Below, one piece after another: positions 46,986 to 56,389 of a stretch of 64,000 nt of DNA. The notes below the pieces were generated by a model. That model searched no databases, was not told the DNA's origin, and saw only the letters and a program-made list of their open reading frames with translations. The position numbers and the translations under genes are program-made. Each line of letters starts with the position of its first letter. Position 1 is the first letter of the stretch. The DNA is from a virus (lineage: Duplodnaviria; Caudoviricetes). Location: the IMG/VR virus record IMGVR_UViG_3300030376_006203, positions 1-64,000 of that record; one strand, written 5' to 3'.

Positions 46986-47437
46986 TAGTGTTTTCCATTC
47001 CCGTTCTGATACACAATCTCTCTGTCTGCATCTTTTAACTTCTCAATGTTTTCTTGTGCCTTTTCCATTTGTTTTGATAGGAACTCTATGTTAATTTTGT
47101 TGTTAGCCATGTCATCAAGATGCTGTTGCATTCTGTCCACGGTTTTATAAAGATCCTCAATCAACATGAACTGTTCTATGTCCTGTGAACTTTGACCTAA
47201 CTCACCTCTTGGATATTTGATTCTAAACTCTGTGTTTTGTTTCACTTCGTTGTGCAGTCTTTCATCTTCAGCCGTTACATCTTTTTCTATTAACACTGTT
47301 TGAGTTTCTAATTTGTTCAGTCTTTCAATGACACCAAAGTATGCCCATACTCCAAGCGCCACTGCTGACACAATGGCTATCAAGTTTTTCATTGGCATAC
47401 TGATTGCTGTTTGATCACTTATATCTAATCTTTTCAT
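46985..47437 (-). CDS. TM + coiled-coil protein
   Basis: N-terminal TM (LIAIVSAVALGVWAYF), heptad-rich tail. Confidence 0.65.
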   Translation of the reverse strand: MKRLDISDQTAISMPMKNLIAIVSAVALGVWAYFGVIERLNKLETQTVLIEKDVTAEDERLHNEVKQNTEFRIKYPRGELGQSSQDIEQFMLIEDLYKTVDRMQQHLDDMANNKINIEFLSKQMEKAQENIEKLKDADREIVYQNGNGKH

Positions 47438-47826
47438 TGTTCCGTTCCTTCTTCGTAATATTTTTTATATTCTTCCAACAAGTTGTTTGTTTCTTGTAAC
47501 TTTTGTCTTATTTGAGCAAAGTTTCTTGCTAGAACTTGGAAGTCCTTGTCTGTAATTCCAAACAACACAGGATCTATTCCTGCTTCTTCAAGTTTTTTGA
47601 ATACTTCCTCTGCATTCTCACTTGTGATGATGTGCCAGTAAATCTCTTCCATTTGTAATGGTGTTGGCATAGGAAAGTTTAATTTTTCTCTAGGCTGTTC
47701 TACAGAGAATATTTTAATTTTCTTTTCGCCACCTATACTGCATCCTGATAATAACATACATACCATCAATGGTACTGCTACTATCCATGCTAATCTATAA
47801 GTTTTATCTTTATTGGAATGGGACAT
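47434..47826 (-). CDS. lipoprotein, o-spanin (Rz1-like) candidate
   Basis: signal peptide with lipobox LLSGC; downstream of i-spanin candidate. Confidence 0.65.
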   Translation of the reverse strand: MSHSNKDKTYRLAWIVAVPLMVCMLLSGCSIGGEKKIKIFSVEQPREKLNFPMPTPLQMEEIYWHIITSENAEEVFKKLEEAGIDPVLFGITDKDFQVLARNFAQIRQKLQETNNLLEEYKKYYEEGTEQ

Positions 47827-48286
47827 AATTTGGATTTGCTAGTGCTGGGCACTCTGGGTTAATTTGTGATTTCAAAGTTGCTTTTAATTCTTCTTCCGTG
47901 TGTTCGGCACCTGATGCCAACTCTATACATCTTGCCGCATTCTTACCACCACCATTCACAATACGTTCAATGGCTTTGGTTCTTTCTAATGCTAGTTTGC
48001 CGATGTCTCTATTTTTCTTTGTAAATCTTTTATCTAAGTCTTGTAAATCTTTTTTGAATGTATTAATCAACACATTAAGTTTCTTATTGCTTTCCATTAT
48101 TGCTGTAAAGTCTTTTTTCTGTTGTTCCAACACCTTGTTCTGTTCTTCAACTGCTGATTCAAGTTTAATTTGATTGGCTTTTAGAGTGGCATTGTCTGCT
48201 CTTAATTTCATCACATAGATACCAGCACCTGCTATACCTGTGATTAGCAGAATTGTGATCATCATTTTTATTTGACCAAATATCAT
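47810..48286 (-). CDS. i-spanin (Rz-like) candidate
   Basis: N-terminal TM then long coiled coil and C-terminal Cys pair. Confidence 0.65.
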   Translation of the reverse strand: MIFGQIKMMITILLITGIAGAGIYVMKLRADNATLKANQIKLESAVEEQNKVLEQQKKDFTAIMESNKKLNVLINTFKKDLQDLDKRFTKKNRDIGKLALERTKAIERIVNGGGKNAARCIELASGAEHTEEELKATLKSQINPECPALANPNYVPFQ

Positions 48287-48444
48287 TCTGTTTCTAACTC
48301 TCCACTTCTGTTGTGTCTACACACTTCAATCTTATATTCTTCTGAACCTTCTGAAGCATACCTACGTTCTGTTCTATATAGGATTTTACCTTCATGGCTC
48401 TCATAGCCACAATTCAGACAATATGACTGTTTTTCCTGTTTCAT
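48283..48444 (-). CDS. 53 aa CxxC protein (not in ORF track)
   Basis: MKQEKQSYCLNCGYESHEG...VCRH; ATGA overlap; TAAATA at 48455-48460. Confidence 0.55.
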   Translation of the reverse strand: MKQEKQSYCLNCGYESHEGKILYRTERRYASEGSEEYKIEVCRHNRSGELETE

Positions 48445-48453
48445 AAACTACTA

Positions 48454-48963
48454 CTATTTATCAAAAGCCACATTGCCACTAATCACCAATCTTTGGTCAT
48501 CAATGTTGGGCATCGCTTCGTGAGGGAGGGCACCGGGAAAAATCACACATCTGCCCTTTTTTGGCTTTACTTTGTAATGATTGTGGTCAATGTATGGGTA
48601 GCCAAAATTATAAAATACTGTTTCTGCTGAATTTTCATTACAATCCACATAATAAACAAATGACCATTCATTTTTTAAAGGACTGTGAATGTGTACTCTG
48701 TGAGAGTGTCCTTCATTGTAGTGTTGAATCCATATATGTTTTAATCTGAAAGCCGTGTATCCATGCATTATTCCAACTTCTTTCCAAAAGTCTTTTACAG
48801 CAGGAACCAGCAATTTTGCTAATTGCTCTTGATTTTCTTCGAAAAAAGATGTGTGATGTTCTTTGACGTCTTGTAAATTTTTTTCTTTACAATAGTTTTC
48901 TAATGCTTCGTTTGGTTCTAAGTCTTCTATGTGAAATGCTGTGATAAATTGCTGAGTCTTCAT
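48454..48963 (-). CDS. 2OG-Fe(II) oxygenase
   Basis: WIQHY..HRVHIH, SFVYY, IFPGALPH, RLVISGN. Confidence 0.8.
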   Translation of the reverse strand: MKTQQFITAFHIEDLEPNEALENYCKEKNLQDVKEHHTSFFEENQEQLAKLLVPAVKDFWKEVGIMHGYTAFRLKHIWIQHYNEGHSHRVHIHSPLKNEWSFVYYVDCNENSAETVFYNFGYPYIDHNHYKVKPKKGRCVIFPGALPHEAMPNIDDQRLVISGNVAFDK

Positions 48964-49421
48964 TCTATTAAACCAGGCTTGTAAACTGTTTTGCCATTTT
49001 CTTTCATGGCTGTGAGACTTTGTTTTCTATTGCCCTCACCTATATAACTTACATGAACCCAACCTGAGTCAGGTATACCTGGAGTATAAAATTCTAATAT
49101 TAATTGATCGTAATCTAAATTATCTTCGATGAACTTTGCCACGTCATAGTTAGATGTGCCTGGACATTCAATATCTACTGCTTCACCTTTACAGTGTTGA
49201 GATCTTTCAGAACCACCAATTGCCTTGTTAAGTTCCGGGCCTCTGTATCCTGAATTGATTACTGTGACACCAAATTGATCTCTAACTTTCTGTACAACAT
49301 TTTCAAAAAGTGCAGTAGCCTTACCTAGATGCTCATCACCTGGCGTATTATCAATACCCATTCTGGTTGCTGTTTGGCTTTTTGTGTATTCTTGTAAAGT
49401 AAAATTTTTAGATAGTCTCAT
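48960..49421 (-). CDS. peptidase M15A endolysin
   Basis: LSKNFTL.E, SGYR, SQHCKGEAVD, WVHVS. Confidence 0.9.
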   Translation of the reverse strand: MRLSKNFTLQEYTKSQTATRMGIDNTPGDEHLGKATALFENVVQKVRDQFGVTVINSGYRGPELNKAIGGSERSQHCKGEAVDIECPGTSNYDVAKFIEDNLDYDQLILEFYTPGIPDSGWVHVSYIGEGNRKQSLTAMKENGKTVYKPGLIE

Positions 49422-50133
49422 ATTTTTTCTCCAGTATTACGCAGTGTCCTTTGTTTTCAAATACCAATTTTGTTCCGTATTTGGTAATGTTATAATCTCC
49501 TACGTACTTACTTAAGAAAATAATTTCCGGAAAGGCTTCAATTTGGATCGAGTCTTCAATGCTTTCAAGTATTTGTGTCTTGTAACCAACATTAACAAAT
49601 TCAAATACCAAAGTGTCTGCATACTTTTTGGTTAATATGACATTGTTACCTTCCATGAATACTTCATCTACGTAACTGTCAGCAAAGAAATTTTTGTAGT
49701 TTTCCATGTGCGTTTCATTAGTTTTAATATCATACGCACCTGGGTCTAAAGGTAAATGTTCGTTGATGCTGGATTCATCTGCTGTATGACTTCTAAAGTT
49801 CTTGTAATATCTAAAACGTAAATCTTCTTGATTGCTAATTTTTTTTACACCATCTAAAATTTCTAAGATTTGATTTGGCGATTTTTTAGAACGTTCTATT
49901 TCAACAAATACTCTGTACTTGCCATCAGATTGTTCTCCTGAAGTTTTATCTGCGTCTAGTACAAAATCATAACCTGTTTCAATAAACTTAACTAAATCTT
50001 TAGCAGGTTGATCACCTTTTACAGCAAAACTTAATGTCACTATGTCTGAGTCTTCACCCATTTTTGATTTGTAAGAATCAATTTCAAAAACGTTGTCGAT
50101 TGTGTATTCTAAATCGTGCTGTCTTAAACCCAT
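49408..50133 (-). CDS. conserved hypothetical phage protein
   Basis: IDSYKSKMG.D, FIETGY.FVLDAD, VFVEIER. Confidence 0.65.
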   Translation of the reverse strand: MGLRQHDLEYTIDNVFEIDSYKSKMGEDSDIVTLSFAVKGDQPAKDLVKFIETGYDFVLDADKTSGEQSDGKYRVFVEIERSKKSPNQILEILDGVKKISNQEDLRFRYYKNFRSHTADESSINEHLPLDPGAYDIKTNETHMENYKNFFADSYVDEVFMEGNNVILTKKYADTLVFEFVNVGYKTQILESIEDSIQIEAFPEIIFLSKYVGDYNITKYGTKLVFENKGHCVILEKKYETI

Positions 50134-50645
50134 TATAAACCTTCCGGCGCTATTTCATCTGAGGCTTCAACTGCCTGACTGCCATCAACTATTTCAGCAT
50201 TAGCAGGTTCTTTGTTGTATTCTTGTTCTATTTCGTAACCACTGTAAATTGTTCTAATCAAATCTTTAGGCATTCTTATAGTTACTAACCAAATTGGCAT
50301 TTGGTCTAATTTTCCTTTTTTAGTGCCTGGTCTAAAATCATCTGATTGTAAAACTCTTCTTGGGTACACATAAACATCTTTTTTGTAGAATACTTTACAT
50401 CCATAATCAGTAAGTCTTTTACCGCCTTCAGGATCTGGCATTTTATCTCTAGGCCACATAAACGTTGCTGTAACAAAATGTCTTAATATTTCAGGTCCGT
50501 CTGCTAATTCGCCATCCATCCAGTTATCATACACATATAGATTTAATTCATCTAATACACGTTCAAAATCCTTTAAAATAGTGAATGCTGTGTCGTTATC
50601 GTACACATTTTCTATAGTTTTAATGACGTCTTTTATGTCTTGCAT
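50133..50645 (-). CDS. conserved hypothetical phage protein
   Basis: DFERVLDE, NWMDGEL..GP, MPDPEG; TAAATA at 50666-50671. Confidence 0.65.
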   Translation of the reverse strand: MQDIKDVIKTIENVYDNDTAFTILKDFERVLDELNLYVYDNWMDGELADGPEILRHFVTATFMWPRDKMPDPEGGKRLTDYGCKVFYKKDVYVYPRRVLQSDDFRPGTKKGKLDQMPIWLVTIRMPKDLIRTIYSGYEIEQEYNKEPANAEIVDGSQAVEASDEIAPEGL

Positions 50646-50770
50646 TGCTAGATACCTTTTTTATGTATTTATCATAAGGACAAACTTATGTGAGCATTTA
50701 TGTCTCCATCATTGTGCCGTAAATATTAGTATGCAAACAAATATTTTGCTTAATAAACAAAGGAGTGCTA

Positions 50771-51484
50771 ATGGGTAAAAAAACGTCCAGAAAGCGCCAG
50801 AACAGGACAAACGTCCTACCAATCAAACGATACCTTCCAGAAAAACCACAAGATGTTAAGATAGTTCCTAGAAACGTGAATCAGGAGTCTTATCTTCTTA
50901 AGTTGCTCAACCCAAACAAAGACATTGTGTTTGGTGTAGGACCAGCAGGTACTGGAAAGACTTTGATTGCTGTTCAGGTTGCTATCAAAATGTTCAAAGA
51001 AAAACAAGTCAATAAGATAGTGGTTACACGTCCAGTCGTAAGTGTGGACGAAGATATAGGTTTCCTTCCAGGTAATTTAGAAGAAAAAATGGCTCCTTGG
51101 ACCATACCTATATTTGATGTATTCAAATTATATTTTACAACAGCAGATATACAAAATATGTTGTATGAAGGTGTAATTGAAATATCACCGTTGGCTTTTA
51201 TGCGAGGAAGGACTTTTCATAATTGTTACATAGTGGCAGATGAAATGCAGAACGCCTCTGCAAACCAAATGAAGATGTTATTAACGAGGATCGGAAGTCG
51301 AAGCAAACTAGCAGTAACTGGAGATCTCGCTCAGACAGATAGACCAAATGACAATGGCTTGTCTGACTTCATTGGGAAACTGAATCGGAGATCAAGTGAC
51401 TTGATAGGTTTAGTTAACTTTGGAAAAACTGACGTACAAAGGCACGAAGCAGTCAAAGAAGTATTAGATATTTACGGAGACTGA
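50771..51484 (+). CDS. phoH: PhoH-like ATPase
   Basis: GPAGTGKT, GFLPG, FMRGRT, DEMQN, GDLAQ; AGGAG SD supports ATG 50771; TAAATA at 50720-50725. Confidence 0.95.
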   Translation: MGKKTSRKRQNRTNVLPIKRYLPEKPQDVKIVPRNVNQESYLLKLLNPNKDIVFGVGPAGTGKTLIAVQVAIKMFKEKQVNKIVVTRPVVSVDEDIGFLPGNLEEKMAPWTIPIFDVFKLYFTTADIQNMLYEGVIEISPLAFMRGRTFHNCYIVADEMQNASANQMKMLLTRIGSRSKLAVTGDLAQTDRPNDNGLSDFIGKLNRRSSDLIGLVNFGKTDVQRHEAVKEVLDIYGD

Positions 51485-51810
51485 TTTATAGTAACATCTT
51501 GATTTCTACGTATAATGTGGAAACCAAATGCTGTACAACTTATTCCACTGGTTTCGCCAGGTTGAAGTCCGTCTAGGTAAATCATAAAATCTTTATCCAT
51601 CTGATTTCTTTTTATAACACCTAGGTCACCACCGTTGGCTTTACCACTTGGACAATCGCTGAACATTTTTGCGGCTTGTTCAAAGGTTAATTCTTTGTCT
51701 AATAATTTTTTTTGAATATCAGCAATTAAAAATAATGCTTCTTCTCTAGACACATTACGTTGACTTCTTGTTGCGTCTTCATGTGCTATTAATATGTGAC
51801 TACATCTCAT
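51472..51810 (-). CDS. parvulin-type peptidyl-prolyl isomerase
   Basis: SHILI, FSDCPS..GGDLG, FGFHII. Confidence 0.9.
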   Translation of the reverse strand: MRCSHILIAHEDATRSQRNVSREEALFLIADIQKKLLDKELTFEQAAKMFSDCPSGKANGGDLGVIKRNQMDKDFMIYLDGLQPGETSGISCTAFGFHIIRRNQDVTINQSP

Positions 51811-52468
51811 TTTTTAAATACTTCCAACTATTTGGAAACTCCTTGTTACAAATATTATGTATTTGATTTGCGATATGCCTTGTTTCTTCTTGAGTATCTT
51901 TAGCACATCTTAAATTACACACTCTAGCAAAAGCATACAAAGTACCAGACCATATCCATTCAGTCATCATACTTTGTGGCAGTACCATACGTGCTTGTTC
52001 TGGTGCTATACCTTTTCCTATTAAAGAATTATATATTATTTTACACTGTTCCATGGTCATATCTAATCTATGTTTTTCGTTTGAATCAATAGAAACTGTA
52101 CCATCGGAACCTTGTTTAGAATTTTGTGGTCTACCTCTCCATTCTTTTGGTTCATATAATTCAGGTTCGTAATCTACATAACGTCTACTAATCTCATTCC
52201 ATACTAAACCTACTTGATGTTTTACTAATTGTCTAGCAACAAATATTGGAGCCTTTATTCTAAATTGTAAACTAGCATGAGCAAATGGTGACCAGTGATT
52301 ATGTTTTGCTAGATACTTAATAAGTTTTTCGTCCTTTTCAGAAAGTGCTCCTTCAGTTGGACCTGCTGGAGTAATACTTTCCCATTCTGATTCTTTGCTG
52401 TAAGAAACTCTAGCGGCATTAACCACAGATAAGTCACTGCCCATTTTGTCTACAAGTTCTACTTTCAT
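51800..52468 (-). CDS. thyX: flavin-dependent thymidylate synthase
   Basis: NAARVSY, HWSPF, QLVKHQ..NEISRRY, EQARMVLP, LR. Confidence 0.93.
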   Translation of the reverse strand: MKVELVDKMGSDLSVVNAARVSYSKESEWESITPAGPTEGALSEKDEKLIKYLAKHNHWSPFAHASLQFRIKAPIFVARQLVKHQVGLVWNEISRRYVDYEPELYEPKEWRGRPQNSKQGSDGTVSIDSNEKHRLDMTMEQCKIIYNSLIGKGIAPEQARMVLPQSMMTEWIWSGTLYAFARVCNLRCAKDTQEETRHIANQIHNICNKEFPNSWKYLKNEM

Positions 52469-53145
52469 TGTCTTATTGCCTCCCTTAATTTTGATTTAGG
52501 AATATCTACCATACGTTTATCACACACTTTAGTTATAATACAAACATCACAGTCAGGATTTCTTGAAACGCATTGTTTCTTTGCGTGTGTTATCAGCCAC
52601 ATATGAGCACCATATTTGTATTTTGATGGCGTAGTATCATTGACTGTAATAGATGCTTTGCCTTCATCTAAACTGTCTGCCCAACCCAGTCTCCATAACA
52701 ATCTAAACACATGAGTATCTACTGCTATGTGCGGTTCACCAAATACAAAACGCATTACAATATCAGAACTTTTTCTACCAACTCCAGGTAAGGTCATAAG
52801 TTCTTTTTGTGTTTGTGGAACCTTGCCATTAAATTTTTCTAGAAGCATTTTGCTTGTGGCAAGTATATTCTTTGATTTTGCGTTATGTAATCCTGCTGGT
52901 CTTATTGCTTCTATTATTTCTTCTCTTGAAAGTTTAATCATGTCTTCAGGTGTATCAGCAAGACTAAACAATTGATTACAAGCGATTGCTGTTCGTTTAT
53001 CCTGACTTTGTGCTGACAGCATCACTCCTATTAAACTTGTATATGCTTTGCTGTAAATTTTTGATTTAGGTTTTTTGTTAGAATAGTAATGATATTTAGA
53101 AGCAAGTTTTTCGTATATGTAATCTATTTCGAATGCTGATTTCAT
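52465..53145 (-). CDS. nth: endonuclease III (HhH-GPD, 4Fe-4S)
   Basis: [19 protein letters not shown]-x6-CxxC-x5-C. Confidence 0.92.
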   Translation of the reverse strand: MKSAFEIDYIYEKLASKYHYYSNKKPKSKIYSKAYTSLIGVMLSAQSQDKRTAIACNQLFSLADTPEDMIKLSREEIIEAIRPAGLHNAKSKNILATSKMLLEKFNGKVPQTQKELMTLPGVGRKSSDIVMRFVFGEPHIAVDTHVFRLLWRLGWADSLDEGKASITVNDTTPSKYKYGAHMWLITHAKKQCVSRNPDCDVCIITKVCDKRMVDIPKSKLREAIRQ

Positions 53146-53465
53146 TTGCCCTTAAAATATTTTTCAAGTTTGTTTGCTTCGCCTGAATGTTTTTCATAAC
53201 CTGGCATTGGTTCTTTTTGTGTATCTAAAACTGTCCATGCTTCTGACCATTTTTTATTAAATTCAACCCAACCTTCTCCTTCTGGATCTGAATCAGGCTT
53301 TATAGCGTCTTCTGGACATTCAGGTTCACATACTCCACAATCAATACATTCGTCCGGGTTGATAACAAGCATATTTTCTCCCTCATAGAAGCAATCTACA
53401 GGGCATACTGACACACAGGTAGTATGTTTACACATCAAACACTTGTCGTTAACAACATAAGTCAT
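53142..53465 (-). CDS. fdxA: 7Fe ferredoxin (FdxA type)
   Basis: MTYVV..C..CK...[30 protein letters not shown]. Confidence 0.92.
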   Translation of the reverse strand: MTYVVNDKCLMCKHTTCVSVCPVDCFYEGENMLVINPDECIDCGVCEPECPEDAIKPDSDPEGEGWVEFNKKWSEAWTVLDTQKEPMPGYEKHSGEANKLEKYFKGK

Positions 53466-53473
53466 ATTGTTAT

Positions 53474-54388
53474 TTAGATATTTTGTAATTTAATCATTGT
53501 TGCCGCAAGATTGATCTCAGGATCAGCCACTAATGTGTGATCAACAAGTCCTTGTTTGACTACAAGTATTGCTTTTTCTTGTCTTGCTTCATCACCAAAC
53601 AATGAAATATTATCATACAACCATTTGTAGATATCTTCTATTTCATCTGGACGTGCTTGAGAACATACAAGTTTTCTTGCTTCTGTGATCTTGCCTTGCT
53701 TAAACAATTCTGTCATTTCAAGTTTATAGTCTGCTTCAGACTTATCTGATTTTGCTGGAGCAACCAACGTACCATCTTGCGAATTCATTTGAACTGTGTT
53801 GATACATTTTCTTAAATCAGGATATGTTGCTTTTACATAAGTGTCTAGTATATCTAAATCAGGAGTAACGCCTTCATCCATTAATATTTTTGCCACCCTT
53901 GTTGTAAATTCTGTTTGATCAATACGTTCAATATGAAAACCTTGACATCTTGAATGTAGTGCTGGAATAATTCTATTAGGATAGTTACAAGTCAATATGA
54001 ATCTGCTTGTTGTATGATACTCTTCCATCACACCACGTAGTGCCGCTTGGGCATTTGGCGATAGATAATCTGCCTCATCTAACAACACAATCTTAAAATC
54101 TCCAAATGGAATCATTTGTACAAAATTTATAATTGTGTTTCTTATATCATCTACTGAATTTGTTCTACTTGCGTTGATTTCCAGTATGTCCAAATCATTA
54201 ATTTCTAATTCATTGAACAATACTTTTGCCAATGTTGTTTTACCTATACCTGCGTTACCACTGAATAGCAAGTGCGGAATAGTTTTTTCTTTAATCCAAG
54301 ATTCAACTTGTTTACGTTGATGATCATCTCTAAAAACATATTCACTTACAGTCTTAGGACGATATTTTTCTACCCAAAGTTCTTTCAT
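53474..54388 (-). CDS. clamp loader subunit (gp44/RFC small subunit-like)
   Basis: [26 protein letters not shown]. Confidence 0.93.
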   Translation of the reverse strand: MKELWVEKYRPKTVSEYVFRDDHQRKQVESWIKEKTIPHLLFSGNAGIGKTTLAKVLFNELEINDLDILEINASRTNSVDDIRNTIINFVQMIPFGDFKIVLLDEADYLSPNAQAALRGVMEEYHTTSRFILTCNYPNRIIPALHSRCQGFHIERIDQTEFTTRVAKILMDEGVTPDLDILDTYVKATYPDLRKCINTVQMNSQDGTLVAPAKSDKSEADYKLEMTELFKQGKITEARKLVCSQARPDEIEDIYKWLYDNISLFGDEARQEKAILVVKQGLVDHTLVADPEINLAATMIKLQNI

Positions 54389-54492
54389 AATACCACCGTT
54401 AAAATAATTAATATTAATCCCACTGCCCCAAGGAAATATCCTGGTGCGTGTAATAATGGAATGCGTTCAATAAAAAGAAAAAGTTTTTTCAT
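54385..54492 (-). CDS. 35 aa single-TM peptide (not in ORF track)
   Basis: [35 protein letters not shown]; ATGA overlap with clamp loader. Confidence 0.5.
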   Translation of the reverse strand: MKKLFLFIERIPLLHAPGYFLGAVGLILIILTVVL

Positions 54493-54525
54493 ACCATTGG
54501 TACCCAATACATTATTGCGACTATT

Positions 54526-54554
54526 ATTATACTTGTTATTGCTATTGCTGTCAA
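54526..54554 (-). promoter_or_regulatory. sigma70-like promoter
   Basis: TTGACA-17-TATAAT upstream of the clamp loader-fdxA-nth-thyX run. Confidence 0.75.
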
Positions 54555-54578
54555 GAGTGGACCCATTATTTTTTCCTT

Positions 54579-54896
54579 TTAGTTGTTGTCGTTAAAGTCA
54601 TCATATAAACTATATTTGGCAGTAAGTTCTTCTCCTGCCTTAATTGGTTTACACGTCATTAAATATTTTACAGGCAATTGATGCCAAAATCCTTTTACAT
54701 TTTTACAATTAGGTTCGTCAGAATGATTATAAAATGCTCCTAAGGCAGTTCTAATCGCTCCATGTGGAAAGTTTTTATTTAGAATGTGAACAATACCTAG
54801 TATGACATCAGCCTCAAAGTCTTTGGTTGCGAACACACCTAATCCCTGCACATTAGACTCTTTAATTGTAATCCCATCAGGCAACGGTTTATACAC
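54579..54896 (-). CDS. SET-domain protein (lysine methyltransferase fold)
   Basis: GLGVFAT, YNHSDEPNC, IKAGEELTAKY; GTG start at 54896 after AGGAG. Confidence 0.85.
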   Translation of the reverse strand: MYKPLPDGITIKESNVQGLGVFATKDFEADVILGIVHILNKNFPHGAIRTALGAFYNHSDEPNCKNVKGFWHQLPVKYLMTCKPIKAGEELTAKYSLYDDFNDNN

Positions 54897-54898
54897 TA

Positions 54899-55066
54899 TT
54901 AATCTCTCCTCATATATTCTTGACCCATACCACTCATAATCAATAATATATAAAGCACGGGCCATCCCCATCCTGTGATAGTTCCTGTCAAATGCAGTGT
55001 CATTAACACAATACCAGTGACCCCGGTTGTGTTTAATCCTTTAGATTGTATTACTGGAAGTTTCAT
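54899..55066 (-). CDS. 55 aa two-TM membrane protein (not in ORF track)
   Basis: MKLPVIQSKGLNTTGVTGIVLMTLHLTGTITGWGWPVLYILLIMSGMGQEYMRRD. Confidence 0.6.
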   Translation of the reverse strand: MKLPVIQSKGLNTTGVTGIVLMTLHLTGTITGWGWPVLYILLIMSGMGQEYMRRD

Positions 55067-55072
55067 TCTTAC

Positions 55073-55101
55073 AGTATATGCGGTATACTGTGATTTGTCA
55101 A
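55073..55101 (-). promoter_or_regulatory. sigma70-like promoter, probably leaderless
   Basis: TTGACA-17-TATACT, 6 nt before ATG 55066. Confidence 0.7.
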
Positions 55102-55104
55102 GTG

Positions 55105-55485
55105 TTAATCAGCCAAATGTACTTGTTCGTTGTCAACTCTTCTGGACAACACATCTTTTGGTTTTTCTTTGGAAGTTCCTAAAACGGATTCTGCTTCAAC
55201 AATACGGACAACTGTTTTGACATCGTTGTCATCCTGCATTGTTATACCTCGGCTCCATCTACCATGTTCAACCAAAATCCAATCACCAATTTCGTAATCG
55301 TCATCATTCTTGTGACCTTTGGCAATTACCCTTCCCCATCTTGGGTGGATACCTCTTGTTTGACCATCATCAGATGAAATTATAATTCCGCCAGCGGTTT
55401 TTTGCTCGCCGAATTCCATATCGGTAACAAGTACTCTGTTATGGATTGGAGTGAGTGTGCCTTTGTAGATGCTATACGCGGACAT
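55105..55485 (-). CDS. groES: co-chaperonin GroES-like
   Basis: PIHNRVLV, KTAGGII, GRVIAKG, IGDWIL. Confidence 0.85.
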   Translation of the reverse strand: MSAYSIYKGTLTPIHNRVLVTDMEFGEQKTAGGIIISSDDGQTRGIHPRWGRVIAKGHKNDDDYEIGDWILVEHGRWSRGITMQDDNDVKTVVRIVEAESVLGTSKEKPKDVLSRRVDNEQVHLAD

Positions 55486-55835
55486 TACTGTTCTTTTTTA
55501 ACAAAATTTCCGTCTGCGTCTTCAACCCAATCTTCTTTAGAAGTTTCTTCTGCTGGTGCTTCAGCAACTGGTTCTTCTACAACTGGTTGTTCCACAGGCT
55601 GTTCAGTTTTTTCTTTATGAGCAACTGTTCCAGGATGATCTCTATAATAATCTGCTAAAACGTCTTCTCTTTTCTTAACAATTTTACCACCTGGTCCTAA
55701 TTCATCACCTCTAGCATTTACTTTGGCATTGCCAACTGCTGGAGTTAATTCATTTCTTTTTCTCAAAAGATCCATGTCTACGGTTTTACCCTGCATAGTC
55801 TTATAAACTTTTTTGCCTGTTTGTTTTACTGCCAT
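55485..55835 (-). CDS. conserved hypothetical protein
   Basis: AVGNAKVNARGDELGPGG; AGGAG SD; TAAATA at 55859-55864. Confidence 0.7.
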   Translation of the reverse strand: MAVKQTGKKVYKTMQGKTVDMDLLRKRNELTPAVGNAKVNARGDELGPGGKIVKKREDVLADYYRDHPGTVAHKEKTEQPVEQPVVEEPVAEAPAEETSKEDWVEDADGNFVKKEQ

Positions 55836-55861
55836 TTTCTATTCTCCTATTATATGTGTAT

Positions 55862-56383
55862 TTATCTAATGAATTCCTTCCAGTCTAGTCGATACTGGAT
55901 CGAATCAATTTTATGGATGCCTAGTAGATACAATACATAACTTGCTACCGAACTGCCTCTGCCTACACCCCACACAATCTTGTTTTCTTTCATAAATGTT
56001 ACCAAAAAGTGTAAAAACTTCAGCAAATTCAAATGTCCTAGTTCTTTGAACTTGCCTAATTCTTCAGCAACTCTTTGTTTTGCTTCTGGAGTATCAGGAC
56101 ATTGAGTATCCAAAAATTTTTCTATGTCAAACTGTTTGTAACTGTTTGGCATGAACCATTCTGATTGTAAAAGATTATCAAAATCATTTAGACCGATATC
56201 TAATGGCTCATAAAATTTTAATTGTTGCCCATCACCTGTTTCTTTTATAGACTGATTAAATTGTTCAGACTCTGAATTTTTTTCTACATATACTTTAAAC
56301 AGTGTATCCAATTTGCCTTTGTATATAAGATCCATACAATCCTCAATACCATACTTAGGCAAACCTAAAGCGTCAATTTTCAT
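55862..56383 (-). CDS. DNA polymerase III alpha (DnaE)-like fragment
   Basis: RV.EEL..F, IVWGVGRGSSVASYVLYLLGIH.ID; stops before the catalytic PDxD. Confidence 0.8.
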   Translation of the reverse strand: MKIDALGLPKYGIEDCMDLIYKGKLDTLFKVYVEKNSESEQFNQSIKETGDGQQLKFYEPLDIGLNDFDNLLQSEWFMPNSYKQFDIEKFLDTQCPDTPEAKQRVAEELGKFKELGHLNLLKFLHFLVTFMKENKIVWGVGRGSSVASYVLYLLGIHKIDSIQYRLDWKEFIR

Positions 56384-56389
56384 AAGTGT

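Noticed and set aside
54489-54512. 7-codon uORF MYWVPMV as a leader peptide
   Set aside because: No attenuator structure visible; too short to distinguish from chance
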